A DNA stretch of 63,314 bases, counting the filler, from Bigelowiella natans CCMP2755 (Eukaryota > Protista > Cercozoa), in assembly GCA_000320545.1 (NCBI GenBank). It is 11 parts of 11 records of this genome, joined end to end, with 100 filler letters (N's around TTAATTAATTAA, not from the genome) between each part and the next. Parts side by side here need not be neighbours in the genome. Positions count along the whole stretch, not along the records: positions 26,060 to 45,801 come from ADNK01001944.1; 10 more parts are not named here. One strand, given 5' to 3'. Numbering within the stretch: position 1 is the stretch's first letter; every line of letters begins with the position of its first letter. Position numbers and translations under genes: made by a program. Positions 26,060-39,274 of this stretch are shown one piece after another. The notes beneath the pieces were generated by a model. That model worked only from the letters and a program-made list of their open reading frames with translations. It was not told where the DNA came from and did no database searches.

Positions 26060-26183
26060 TGGTTCTCCCCCTCCCCCCTTCCCCTTCCCGCCGCCTTATC
26101 TGCAAGCAAATAAGCCTATTCTCATGAGGCAATCTTCATAATATCAGCACCAACACTGAAGAATCACTATAATCTTTACTTCC

Positions 26184-26222
<39 letters not shown>

Positions 26223-26232
26223 CACAATCCAG

Positions 26233-26848
26233 AGCCGCGAACGCTGCAATCGAAGCGGCGGTCACTGCCGGTATCTTGAGGGATAAGTCTATCTCGCTGA
26301 TGAAGTCCTTTGAGAAGGCGCGCTCGCAAGCCGAGCAGGAGGCGAAGGAGCGCCGTGCTCGGGATGACGAGGAGGACGAGGGAGGCGAGGAGGGGGGGGG
26401 GGATGGGAAAGGGGGGCAGGACAAACAGAGCCAGAAAGGCGAGGGCGGCGAGGATGATGACGACGCGAAGAAGAAGGCCAGCGAGAAGAAGAGTCAAGAT
26501 GAAGAGGTGAGATTATAATGATGATGATGCTGCTGAGGAGGAGAGGGGGGCAAGGGGGGGGGGGGGAGGAGAGAAGAAGAACAACGAAGAGAAGGAGGCG
26601 AAGAGGCAGCCATATCGTTCCCATCCTTCTCCTCCCTTGCGTCTCGATTCTTCTTTAGCTTTTTGCAGATAGAAGCACAATGGGGCTGGGTAGAGAAGGG
26701 GCAGCGGGCTTGGTTTGCGCGAGAAAGCACTGCGACAATTGCCAGTGGATACGGCAGCGTTCGTTCCGGATTTCCTATTCATTTATTCAATTCTGATTAT
26801 TTTATATCCTTTTTTCCCCGATAGATAGGATCGCATATATATTGCTAG

Positions 26849-26880
<32 letters not shown>

Positions 26881-27152
26881 TTCGTCGTCATCATCACCAT
26901 CATCGTTATCATCATCATTCACCGTCATCTTTCCCTCCCTTCAAACCGCTAAGGGTAAAGCTGGAGGCGGTTCTAAAAAGGATATGCAAGACAGCGAGAA
27001 GCTGCATAGGGTACCCGCATTAGCGCTGAGTGCAATATAACATAATAACTCTCCGAGATATCTCTATTGATTTTTCTTCGCGAATCTTACCACACGGCCG
27101 TTGTTCGTCGCTGCATAAATATTTGAATAAAGTCAAAGAATAGTTACATATG

Positions 27153-27214
<62 letters not shown>

Positions 27215-27255
27215 CAATTTATCGATAGAACTATGATGCTAAGCATGCATATTCT

Positions 27256-27291
<36 letters not shown>

Positions 27292-27569
27292 AGATCTCGT
27301 AGTGTGTGTGCACTGCCTAGACTTTCTTCCTCTCCTCCCATGAACTGCTGTTTTTTGAACACACACACACACACACACACACACATAAATATATATTATG
27401 AGTCTTATATTGTTTCGCATTTGCTTCATCAGCTCAAGAACCAGCAGCGACTGAATCAACTGAACGGAGAGCTGCTCGAGATCCAGCACAAGATCAAGAC
27501 GTGAGAGCGCCGCCACGCCGCATGAGCGATATGCACTGTGTTGTAGATGAATGTGTGTGATGATGCTCT

Positions 27570-27631
<62 letters not shown>

Positions 27632-27980
27632 GGCGTAAATATGAATTCCTTAAAAAAAACATATATGGCTTCCCCAGTGTCTTTTTCCCTCACTTTTGTG
27701 CCCCCCCCCCCCCCCCCCCCATGCTACGAAAGGATGATCACGTGCCGTCCGGAGATCATGTCGAGAGTCTCAGTCAATGAGGTAGGTCGGCCGCGTGTAT
27801 CTTGCAAAAGTGAGCGGCTTGTCTACCATTTAGTCGGTTTTTACTTGGGATTAACGGCGGGCACTGCCCTGCCGTAGCCGCTCTTTTGTGCGTGGAGAGT
27901 AGAAAATAAATGATGATTAAATCATCGCTCCAGCGTCCGTCATCACCATTTTTTTCCAGATTAAGTGCATGTTTGCGCGC

Positions 27981-28015
<35 letters not shown>

Positions 28016-28732
28016 ATACCGTCATCTTCATCGTCATCATCTTCTTCATCATCGTCATCAGCATCATCATCACCACCATCATCATCATGATCATCACCAT
28101 CCTACCCCTTCACAGAAGGAGCGCCTATTCCGCTTAGTGGAGGAGATAATCGGCAATGCAATGGGGAGCGTATCACAGGCCTGGCTCGACGCCAGGATGG
28201 ATGGGCAGAAAGCGAAGAACTGGACTGCGACAGTCGACGCCATTCTCGAGTTAGTAGAGAATGGTAAGTCGGTGTATCATATACACGTGTTGTTGTTGTT
28301 GCATCGTATCGAATAAAAAGCGCCGCATATCAGTTTGCATGCACGCGTCTCGACGACCTCACCATCGCAATACTACACAGCCCCGCACCTTGCCATGCAT
28401 TACTGGCCTCGTCGTCTCTCTCGCCGCGCTGTTCTATCAACGCCACCTCGACTGGCGGTCACCTCATCGATCGAGAAATCACCACTGACCGGAGCGATTT
28501 GTCTGTTTCTGTTGATCTTCCAGGGACATCTTTCTCGGCATTCGCCGTGCCACGTTCCATGGAGGCGCGTTTGCTGCGACAAGCCGCCCTTGTCGACGTC
28601 AAGGCTTTGACGAACATTTTAGACAAACAGCTCAAGCCGCACATCCTCACTTTTAAGCCCAAAGTAATTGCCCGGGGCTCGCTTGAGAGGAGGGGGGTGG
28701 GAGGGGGGGAATTGCGACTGGATTTCGATTAA
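26233..28732 (+). CDS. C-terminal exons of an uncharacterised protein (possibly the continuation of the PPR gene)
   Basis: Exons AANAAIEAAVTAGILRDKSISLMKSF..., LKNQQRLNQLNGELLEIQHKIK, KERLFRLVEEIIGNAMGS...ELVENG, TSFSAFAVPRSMEARLLRQ...LKPHILTFKPK; 3' end approximate. Confidence 0.6.
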
Positions 28733-28959
28733 AACTGCAATAATTTTGGGGAAAGTTTTCGATTTGTAGACTTCTCTATGCTTGTTTAATTGTTCGTGGT
28801 GTTGATGTGTGTGCTTTTATTCTCAGGAAACGAGCATGGACGATGAAGCGAACCTGAACCAAAAATTTGACAACGTGTTGCGAAATCTAGCGAACATAGC
28901 TTCGCAAGGAAACGGCAGTCACTAGATCTAGAGACAGGTCTGGATTGCATCATGATGCA

Positions 28960-29900
28960 TCCAAAATGAAATGCAATGATGTCAAGCCATGCTAGCATGG
29001 GAGTCGGAAATGATTCTTTGAGTCAAAAAGACATGCACGTTTCTTGCAATTTGCGTCTCTAGGCATGATAATGAGCGCATGTCTCTAGATGTAGATGTCA
29101 TTGCGTGGAGCGTCGATTTGATGTCCAGACGCCTGGCTAGCTGAACAGAAACACAGCGTCAAGCCAGCGTTGCGCGCAATCGCAGCAGCACCTAGCTAGC
29201 GATAGAGCATGCTAGCATGCCACTTCTAGCACTTACTTATTAGTTATAATGCCCCCTCACATGGATGATGACTTTTTGCAGATTAATTTGCTCCAGGCTA
29301 GCGCAGTCTAGCCTTGCTAGTGATCTATGCCTGCGCGCGCGCTGCCCGCATGCTACTATGCTCAACCGTTTATTAGAGATTGGCATGTGTATAGCATGCA
29401 GCACACGCACTTGTGTTGAACGTGGCTAGTGGCGGACCAGCTGCTTTACTACTAGCTAGATGAGGCACTGCGCATACTAGCTAGCTATAGCTAGCAGCAC
29501 TAGAGCATGCTAGCTAGCACCAACGAGCGGCTATATGTATCTAACCGTCCTAGCGTCATGCTAGCATGCTAGCATCTAGAGCATGGATGACACCCTAGCT
29601 AGCTAGCACCCTCATACATCAACATGACAACAAAATGTAGCTGGCGCACACCGCGCGTCATACATATTGCAATGGTATCTCGTTCGCTCATTTGTTTTCA
29701 TAGAAATCAATGATAATGGGCCAAATAATCATGCTAGCAAATAAGGTTTCGCACCTCTGTGGATGCGTGTAAGTAGACAAATAGCACTTACAATCTAGCA
29801 ATGTACGCTTGTCTTTGGCAGAGAATGATCAGCGCCCAGGGACTTTATTTGGGTCATGATGCGCCGGAACAAACTTCCTAGAACCATGCATGGGATGGTT
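28960..29900. other. CTAG/GCTAGC/GCATGC palindrome-dense intergenic zone between convergent genes
   Basis: About 30 CTAG counted by eye in ~0.9 kb, e.g. ACTAGCTAGCTATAGCTAGCAGCACTAGAGCATGCTAGCTAGC (29476-29518); no long ORF. Confidence 0.85.
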
Positions 29901-29928
29901 AGAAAGTAACTTTCTCTCCAGCGCCTTT

Positions 29929-30567
29929 TTACAGCAAATTGGCCCGTTGCTCCTGGGAAAGATTTCTCACCAAATTTGTCATTGCCGCATTGCCCAATCC
30001 TGCAGAAATCTTTTGAACCTAATGATCAAAATAGTTATAAGTTATTGATGATGCGGCGCATTTTAATGGAACACTCTGTAGTTTTGTCTCACTTACCGCA
30101 TCCCTCCCCCCCCCCTCCCTTTCTCCCTCTCTCTCTCTCTCTCTCCCTTCCTGAAACACATAAATCCCCTAAACGCACACACACACACACACACGCGCGC
30201 GCATGTGTGGATTACATTCCCCATTTAATCGCGAATGATGCAATTCATGCACTCATTTAGTAATAACAACATCATTTCACATACAGCAGCTCGAAGAGCA
30301 CAAAAAGCATCCAGGCCCACAACTTTTTCTTTATAAAAAAAAAAAAATAATAAATTACCAGTGCGCGTATTTTGGCGCTCGTCTCTTCGTCGGCGTACTC
30401 TGTATTCCTTATGCTTCCAAGAACCTGCAGCACCTTACCCATATTCTTGTTCTTTGGGCCGTAGATTGGGCAGCTTGGATCTTCCAGGAACTCTAGGAGG
30501 ATTCGGTGTGTCTGTTAAGAGGCAAACAATGCATCATGTTAGTCAACCCTTTCCAAAAAAGAGAGAA

Positions 30568-30621
<54 letters not shown>

Positions 30622-30779
30622 AGGGGGGGGGGGAGGAAGAGAAACTGCACAAAAGCGCGATAGTTGCCCCCAGGAAAAACAACTGTGTTCTTGCCGTTCG
30701 CTATACATGACCGCGCAAGCAAAAGCACACCAGCGCTTATTAGCAAGACTTATATTTGTTTTGTGAAAGATAACTACAC

Positions 30780-30818
<39 letters not shown>

Positions 30819-31103
30819 TTGAAGCCGCGCGCCTCTCTCGATCTTAGAGATGAAAACTACCACTGGCCCTTCCGTCTCCTCCATGGACGGCAAAGCTCCG
30901 AGCCACATTGGGAGAACCTGTTTATTGGAATAGGCAGAAAATATCACGGGCGAATCTCGATATTCGAGCGAAACATATTCGCGGATGATTTGATGGGTTG
31001 ATTCCAGCGAAAACGACCGGTCAGCAATTGGATTATAGAGAGGAAAAAGAGACGGGATTGTGGTCGCCCATGATGATGATATGATGATGATAATAACGAC
31101 ATG

Positions 31104-31168
<65 letters not shown>

Positions 31169-33072
31169 CACATATATAATTATTTATATTTTTACGTGTC
31201 ACCTCGCCCACAACTTGCTTGTTGCGCTGGCGCTGCTGCTTCAGAATCTTGGAAACGGAGACGATGATTGACTCGGTCGCCTCCTCGTAGTCCTCACTGC
31301 GAGCATCCTTGCTAAGAATCACGGGCAGAAGCGTCTTGAGCGTGCCCTGCGTGTATTTCGCAAACCCCTCCACTCCGAGCGACAGCGCACACAACCCAAC
31401 ACCGAATCCAGCAGCCTGGGGAGGAGGAGGGGGGGGGGAGGGCGAGTAGGGAGAAGACCGTTTCAGATAGACCGCAGTTATATTGTTTTATAATATACAA
31501 TGCATTGAAATTCTCGGGGAGGAAATGGTGACTATAGCCGCCCTTATTGCGGGGTGTCTGCTACGAGCACTACAGCTGCGAACACCGTGTGCGCGGGGAT
31601 GCAAAAGGCGTGTGCGAATGCACGTGGGGGAGGCTCTTTGTATCCCACTCCGGTGGAAACGAAAGCGAATGCTACTCTTGGAGGCAAAAGCCCGTTACGG
31701 GCTTTGAGGAAGTCGCACCTGTCTGATGTGGCGGTTCTCATTTCCCACGTAGCAAAGCGTCACGGGGAGGAACTTCTCCGCATACTTTCTCGCCGAGCCT
31801 TCGCAGGCCTGAACGCGTTAGACGAATGAATACACGTGCTTCTCAGCCAAGGCGGCGTTTCCGGTCGAGGGGGATATATGGCAATACTTCCGAAGAAGTT
31901 TGCCAGAAAGGGAAGGAAAAGGGGGTTGTGCTTCTAGCGCGGGGCACACGCTTACTTAGAAAGGCCTTTTAGCAATGCTGCAAGTGGGAAGGAACCCCCC
32001 CCCCCCCCCCCCCCCCTCTCCCGCGCACTCAATACTGAGGTTGGCTCAGCAGTACTCATGCAACAATAACAACAACAACAACAACAACAACAACAGCAAT
32101 GGCGACGAGGATGACGATGAGGTGCTACCACTGCTAGATGCTGCATAAAACTGCCGCGCTACTAATTCAATGATAACAGGAACAACTGCAAGAAGGAGAA
32201 GTGTGCAGAGCGACGCTACCTCGATGATGTTATCGTAGCAAACCAATGCGGCTGCCTGCTGCCCTTCCGACGATTTCGGGCTCAGGTATTGCCAGAGTAT
32301 AGAGTGCAGAGAAGAGTGGAAGAGAGGAAGGTAGTCTCCCTGGCGGTGACAAATGAGGATGATGAGGATGGTGATGATGAGGATGGTGATGATGATGATG
32401 ACGACCATGATGATGATGATGATGATGGCAGTGATGATAATGATGTTGGTGGTGGTAATGGTGATGATGGTGGTGAGAAATGCTCGAGTAGGGTTGCGAT
32501 CTAGATCTTCAATCTGCTTTGGTCTTTTAAGTTTGCGCATTGTATTTTTCGAGTTTTTTGTTTTTTCCTTTCTAAAGCAGGCTTTTCACTCCAAAACAGT
32601 GCCTCGCAACAATGAAAAAGAGGACAATCCCTCCCCTCTTGCACCGCCCCCGTTACAACACATCTTAACCTGCACATGCGTGCTGGTAATTTACCTTGGA
32701 AAGATCCACCATCGATTTGATCACGGAACCGACGTAACCGATCATTTCATCTTCTTGCTCGTTCTCCTCGTCGATTTCCTCTCGGATTTCGTCGTCGGCG
32801 TTCTTGTACTGAGATGAACGGTGGCACCGCAGGGTTAGATAAAGATAGTAGTGAAGCTCTACAATGCCGCCGCCGTGGTCATTGCAAGTGTGTATCGCCA
32901 CACGCCGACTCGGCTGTTGTTATTGTTGTTTTGTTGTTGTTGTTGCAAGTGTTTTCTTTACCTCCAATGCACGCTCGTTTCTCCGCCGATTCGACTCCGA
33001 CAGGACGAAGGAGAGACGGCGGTGTGCTTCGTCAATCTAAGTAAGAGAGCGAGAAATGAACGTTAGTCGGCG

Positions 33073-33110
<38 letters not shown>

Positions 33111-33624
33111 AGCAAGTGCGTCTCTGTGCTATATGTGGATCGCGGTGGGGTGGAAGATGCAGTGCGAGGATAAGCATAAACCGAAGCTACAAGAGGGCTA
33201 AAAAGCATGATATACTTCATGAAAAAAAAAAAAGCTGCCCGCGGCGATGGTAAAGATGCCACCAAGCATCCTATTCCTTCTGGGTAGGTTGACTCCAATT
33301 TTCAATGTTAGTAGTCGAGGTTTTTGCATGTTGTGCAATTCATCTCTCACTTACCAGCTTCCTCTCCATAGGCCCCGGCAATAGATCGATAGCGTCACTG
33401 AACGATTCCAGTATTCCGATGAGGAGACCGACGTCAGCTGCAAATAGCCGCAAAAACGCACACACGCCAAAGCATGGGGTGAGGGGAGCGGAGGAGAAGC
33501 TGACACATGCTCGGAGTGTTGGAGAGGATTGTGACCCGATAACTTAATCTCTCACCAGATATGCATGGCGGAGTATGTTAATTAACGAAAAAACATGCAT
33601 AAAACACGTCCATATATAATATAC

Positions 33625-33664
<40 letters not shown>

Positions 33665-34133
33665 TTATATAACATTATTCATGAAAATGTACCCTCCAGA
33701 GTCATCGTCCTCATGTAGTTTTGGAATGCGAAGGAAAACAAATTCGAAACCTGCAAAATAACGTCACGGCCATCATTATCTGGGAAGGGGGAGGGGGGGG
33801 GTAGCATCAAGACTTGTCATCATGCTCAAGCATTATGCCGCAATGATAGTAGCAAGAACACCACCACCAACAACAGCAATATTAGCAATTATAGTAATAT
33901 TAGGAATAATCAAGAAACGATGACAAAAAGCATAACTAACCGCCGTGAGGGGCTGCTGTGCTTTCTCTGCTCGTTCCTTGAGGCAATTCATGAGCTTTGG
34001 AATCGATTCCACAGCGGCTACACGAACGGGCTCGTTGTAGCGGTATATCATCAATGGAACCATGATCTTTGCCGTGGCCTCCACGTAAGGGAAGAAGCTG
34101 AAGATGAGTTGGAAATTCTCTATGTGATGGCGG

Positions 34134-34168
<35 letters not shown>

Positions 34169-35528
34169 GTGGTGGTGATGATGACGATGACGATCAGTAT
34201 GCAAAATATCTGAAGCTGACAATACAAATCACACAAGCTACTCGTCCTCACAACACCGAGACACCCCACTGGGCAGAATCGCGAAGGGAAAACATCACGC
34301 GCAGTCACAAACCCTTCTCCAAGCTCCGAGGCGTACTGATAGAGCATGTTGCACGCCACCGCCTTCTCCTGCAGAAACGCCTCATTGACGACCTGAAAAC
34401 CATAGAGAGAAAGAGCAAAAATCAAGAAAATAAGACAAATAAATACACACACACACACACACGCACTCATATATATATACATAATATTACTAACTCGCAA
34501 TGCCGACGCAGTGCGGAAGGGGAGAACATAAAACAAAGATCCTCACAAGCAAGCATTGCATTCATATCGCCGGCTCACCAGCCTCTTATTTCCAGCGCCT
34601 CTCACGGAGAAGTCAACGGCCTCGTATCCCTCTTGATTCGTGAAGTCATCTTCCCCGTCCTGCATGAAAGCACCTTTGCTGTCCGCGGCGGCTTTGAGCA
34701 GCGGCGGCACCACCATGCGCACGTAAGGAGAGAAGTCGCTGCCTGGAATGAATAGCAGTGTTAGTCTCTTAGGTATATCATACAGCTTGCAGGTTTCTGG
34801 CCGTGTGTTCACTATTACGAGCGTGCGAGAGTAGCAGCGCGCGTGGGATGCAATGGTGCGTACATATACGACTGCTACTGAGAGCACCACTCTCTACCCT
34901 TGGCTACCGCACTCGCTGTGTGTTCCTTCTAAATCTATCAACCCCCCACCCCCCTCTTCATCCTTGCAGATTACTCGCACAACGAACAACTACCCATGCA
35001 TTGGCAAATCCGCGCACAGCACATGAGAATGGCGTTCTGCTGGGGATCGTCGGCTGTGAGGCCTGAAGGAGGAGACGAAGAAAGCGGAAGAGGGAAAAAA
35101 AGGGGGTAGGGCAAATCAAAGACAAGCATACGTTAATACTTCATCCAGAATACAAAATACAAAACTCACACGCACATACACACACGCAAATACAAAACGA
35201 ATCGCATCGGCATTGCTTGCCGCGCCGGCTGCTGGCATCACCGTGGCCCTGCGTCTTGAGCAAGAATTCCATGATCGACTTGAACTGCGGAGCGAACGTC
35301 TCCCGGCCTACCGCAGCAGCAATCACGCCAACACACTCGATGGCCTTGGCGCGAAGCTTCATGTTGTCGCGTCCCTGAAGAAGAAGAAGAAGATGATGAT
35401 GATGATGGTGAAGACGACGATGACGGTGTGCGTACACGTCAGAATGGCGATTGGTGATTTTCGTGGTCCCGCGATGTTTTGTGTGGAAGTTGTGGAAAGT
35501 CATTATACAGCCAATGATACGCGCGCGC

Positions 35529-35587
<59 letters not shown>

Positions 35588-36090
35588 GGAGGAATACTAA
35601 GTGACCTTTGCTTTCATTAGGATGGAGGTGACGCCAGGCATGAAGGCTTTATAATAGGCTTGGAACTTCTCTTCGATTCTCGACGCGACCGCCGAGACAG
35701 CCGACAGCGCGCTCGTCTGGGCGCCTCGGGCATTCACGCCAAGCAACTAATGGTTGACGGGGGGGTGGAAGGGGGGCGGGAGGGGAGAGAGGGAGGCGTT
35801 CGTGATGGCGGAGACGTCGGCAACGACGGCTATGATGATAGATGATTATGGTGGAAGTGGTGGCGATCGCGATGATGATGATGATAATGATGATTATGAT
35901 GATGATGATGATGATGATGCTAACGACGGCAGCAATGCCAACGATGCGGCTGGGGCATTAGGCAGGAGGAGGACTCCGCAAAAACCAAAAACAAAAAACA
36001 AGGTGCAGCATGGAAAAACAAACTGGGCCAGCGAGGCAATGACCAACCCATGCTATATCTCCCAGCACACGGACCGATGCAATTGCGGCG

Positions 36091-36123
<33 letters not shown>

Positions 36124-38671
36124 CACAACGCAACGCGACCCAACGCCAACACCACCGAACCTTCCTCAAGCTCATCAGCATCGCCTCCGCGAAGGGGGCC
36201 AGCCTCTCCCCATCCTCGAAGACCTTGCAGTAGTCCACCAGGCTCAGCGCGGCGTGGGCGGAGATGCGAACGTGCGCCCTGGAGTCGAGGGCCGTCACAA
36301 GGCACTTCCCAACCGGCGCCGCGAGCTTCTCCGACTGGATATCCTCCGCGAAGAAGACGCAAAACGTGCCGATTGCATTGACGGCCATCCACCGCACACG
36401 GACGTGCTCTTTCTCGGCGACGGTCAGCGGCGCGATCATGCCGAGAAGCCCCGGAAGCTTGGGCTGAATGGCCTGCGTCGGACGGGGGGAAGGGGGGGGG
36501 GGAGAGGAATGTGGAACTCAATATACGCAAGCTGCACTGTTTCTTTTGTCTGTTTCTTGGCGGGGGGGGGAGGGGAGTAGAGATGTCCCTCTTGGACCTA
36601 TATCCTACTACTACACGATCTATCGACGCCGCGCACCTTAACGCATCCAGGTGTGAGAGCGCAGATTGCGGAAACGGCAGCGTGCTTCTCCTGCCACTTT
36701 GACGAAGCGAGGCCCTTCTGGATCATCGGCCAGGCGGCGCTGAGCACCGAAGCGCCTGATGTTTGTTTGTTTGTTGTTGTTGTTTTTGTTTTGGTATACA
36801 GCCGCGGCCACGATGCTATTTGTAACTGGCACGAATGCGCAAGATGTTTCGAGAGAATGAATGATTGATGTTTTGGTGACGATAGCTTTGAAATACACAT
36901 ACACCCCGCGTCTGCCCCCCCCCTCCCCCCGCCCGCCCCTCCTTTCCATTCCTCGTCTCTCTGACTCCTAATAGCGGTTTGAGCACCTCCGAGCCACGTC
37001 GCCAGGCACTCCAGCGTGTCCCACCCCATGCAAAAGTCCTCGTCGTCGGGGTCTTTCTCACCCCCGTCCTCATCTTGCGCCCATTGGCGAATGTCATCGT
37101 CAACTCTCGTTAGGAAGGAGATCGCCAAGGGCACAACCTCGGTCATCGTCTCTTTGACCTACGAAACAAGCCTCTCATTTATCGAATCTCCACGCTATTC
37201 GGCCGCGAAAGGCCGCTGCAGGCCATTAATTGATGAGTGAAGTCGATGATGAAGCTTGGGAGAATGTGTTACCTGCTTCACCGACGTTCGGTCCTTCTTG
37301 GCGAGCTCGACGATGAGCGACAAGGCCATACGGCGCGTCCCGGCCTCCAATTCGCCATGCTTTGCCGTCTTGGTCATCAGCTTGATAATGTCCGATGTGT
37401 ATGGTCGAAACATAGCAACACGGAATCTGGAGAGGGGGGGGGGGGGGGTTGAGAACAAAGCAGGAAAGAGTGGATCGAGTCAGAGACGGAGTTTAAAGCG
37501 ATGAAGGAGGAGGAGAATAATCGGACGAGATTACAGCTCGCACGTGACCCGATCAGATTCGCGATTTCGTCGATGGCATCTTGTAGAGGCTCGTCATTTG
37601 CCTCTCCTGCAAGCTTCACGGCGACCTTGAAGAAGTCTGGAATGAGCCTGATAAACCCCTGCTGAACGTTTCCTTCGAAACCGATGATGAAGCTCACAGC
37701 TGCCTTGATGGCCGCCACCTGCAGCTCGGGTCGGTTCGAGGGGGAGAGGCTTTTTTGGATGAGATTGAAAATCGGTTTCATCGAGCGCTGAACAGCACTC
37801 GGCGCGTATTCCGCAAGGATTCCAGACATGAAGAGCCTTTTGAGGAAGAAATCGAGCAAAACGGCGGTGGGGAAATACGTTAGGAACGAGGCTCGCATGC
37901 TTGTTGCAAGTGCATGAGAATATAAAATCTAGCGATGTGGTGACAAGGACATCGAGGATTGCCATTGTGTTAAAAAATACACATAGTTAACTGTAACGAC
38001 GACAACGTGTCCAGAACGGCTATATTTTCATCAGAATGGCGGATATGATTATGTCAGCATAACCGATAGATTCACAATATATCAAGTATCATACCCGGAT
38101 TGAACATGCTGAGCTTCCTTTGAGCTGCAGAGCCTCTCGAAAATGGATTGAAACTGAGTCCATTCGCCCTTTTTCACGGTATGAGAGGCTAGGCGCCCGG
38201 TCGCTTCGTTCAGATGCCTGTGGAAGTGTAGCGGCAAAGAGTGTGTTACAATGCAGTCGGGGGACAATGATGTGTTTGATAAATAGAAACTATCGGTATG
38301 AACACGGCATGAAGATTATGTCCCTCCCCCGTTTGTTGCGTTTAATGACTCACGAACTTTCTCATGACGCGATTTTTCTCTTCAGCGAGCAGCTTCCCGA
38401 GTGCAGCTTGCATTCCGGCTTTGGCCCTACCGGCCGCTCCCACCCACACCTTGCTTCGGGGCCCAACGTCCTGACGAAGCATAACGGCAAGGAACATCCG
38501 AGTTTGCATGGAAGAAGGATTTGAGCTTCCGGTGTTCATCAAAGCCATTGCAATGGCTTCCAAGTATTTATCCGGCTGTGATCGCATTTTGGCGAAGGCC
38601 TGCTCTGCCCTTCGTCTCGTGTCGTTGTCGGGAGATAGACATGCGGCAGCAACCCGTTCGAATTCGCTCAT
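29929..38671 (-). CDS. IPO5: Importin-5 / karyopherin beta-3 (Kap121/Pse1), apparently complete, many exons
   Basis: Start MSEFERVAAACLSPDNDTRRRAEQAF (ATG 38671); HEAT motifs WQEKHAAVSAI, HVRVRWMAVNAIG, LRAKAIECVGVIAAAVG, LQEKAVACNMLYQYA, YRYNEPVRVAAV, QVLPMWLGALP; last exon VQKISAGLG...QEQRANLL* (TAA 29929-29931). Confidence 0.93.
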
Positions 38672-39274
38672 TTTGTATCTTTTGGGGAGGGGAAACTAGA
38701 TTGTGGCCGCTTCCAAGTGGGATGGCGGGGGACGAATACTCTGCTTCTCGCGGCAGAAAACAATTTCAGACATAGTTCTACACAATTCAATGCCTATCAC
38801 TATGTATCGTCTCGGTTTGGTGATGTGCGACAACGTATGTTTCCTTGATTTCAAAACATTTCACACAGCGTCATCTCTTCTGGTTTTTATTTCCCGGGCT
38901 TTCCATCCGAAATCTGTGTCTTTGAGAAAGGCTCGATCAATTTTTAACAGAAGACATGGAATTTTGGGACGAAATATTGATAATCCGCTTGTATTTTCGC
39001 TCCAACTGAATCCAAACCCTTTCCCGCTCTTGAAGCGAAAAATGTAATTCTCAAGTGGACTGCGAGACGTATTTACAAGGATTCTCATAGCTTTATAAAT
39101 GCGACAACATGTATATGTTGTCGCACAAAATAAATGTACTGTCGCTGTCTCACTCAACGGCGGAAATGTTCTTAAACACATTTCTCCCATTTTTCATGGT
39201 TGCCTCACGACCCCTTGCGTCTGTGCATCGTACACACAGTCGCTAATTCAATGGGCAAAGCCGCCTCATAACAC

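Noticed and set aside
28960-29900. CTAG-rich field as a CRISPR array or satellite
   Set aside because: No constant repeat unit or regular spacing; no cas-like genes; eukaryotic context.
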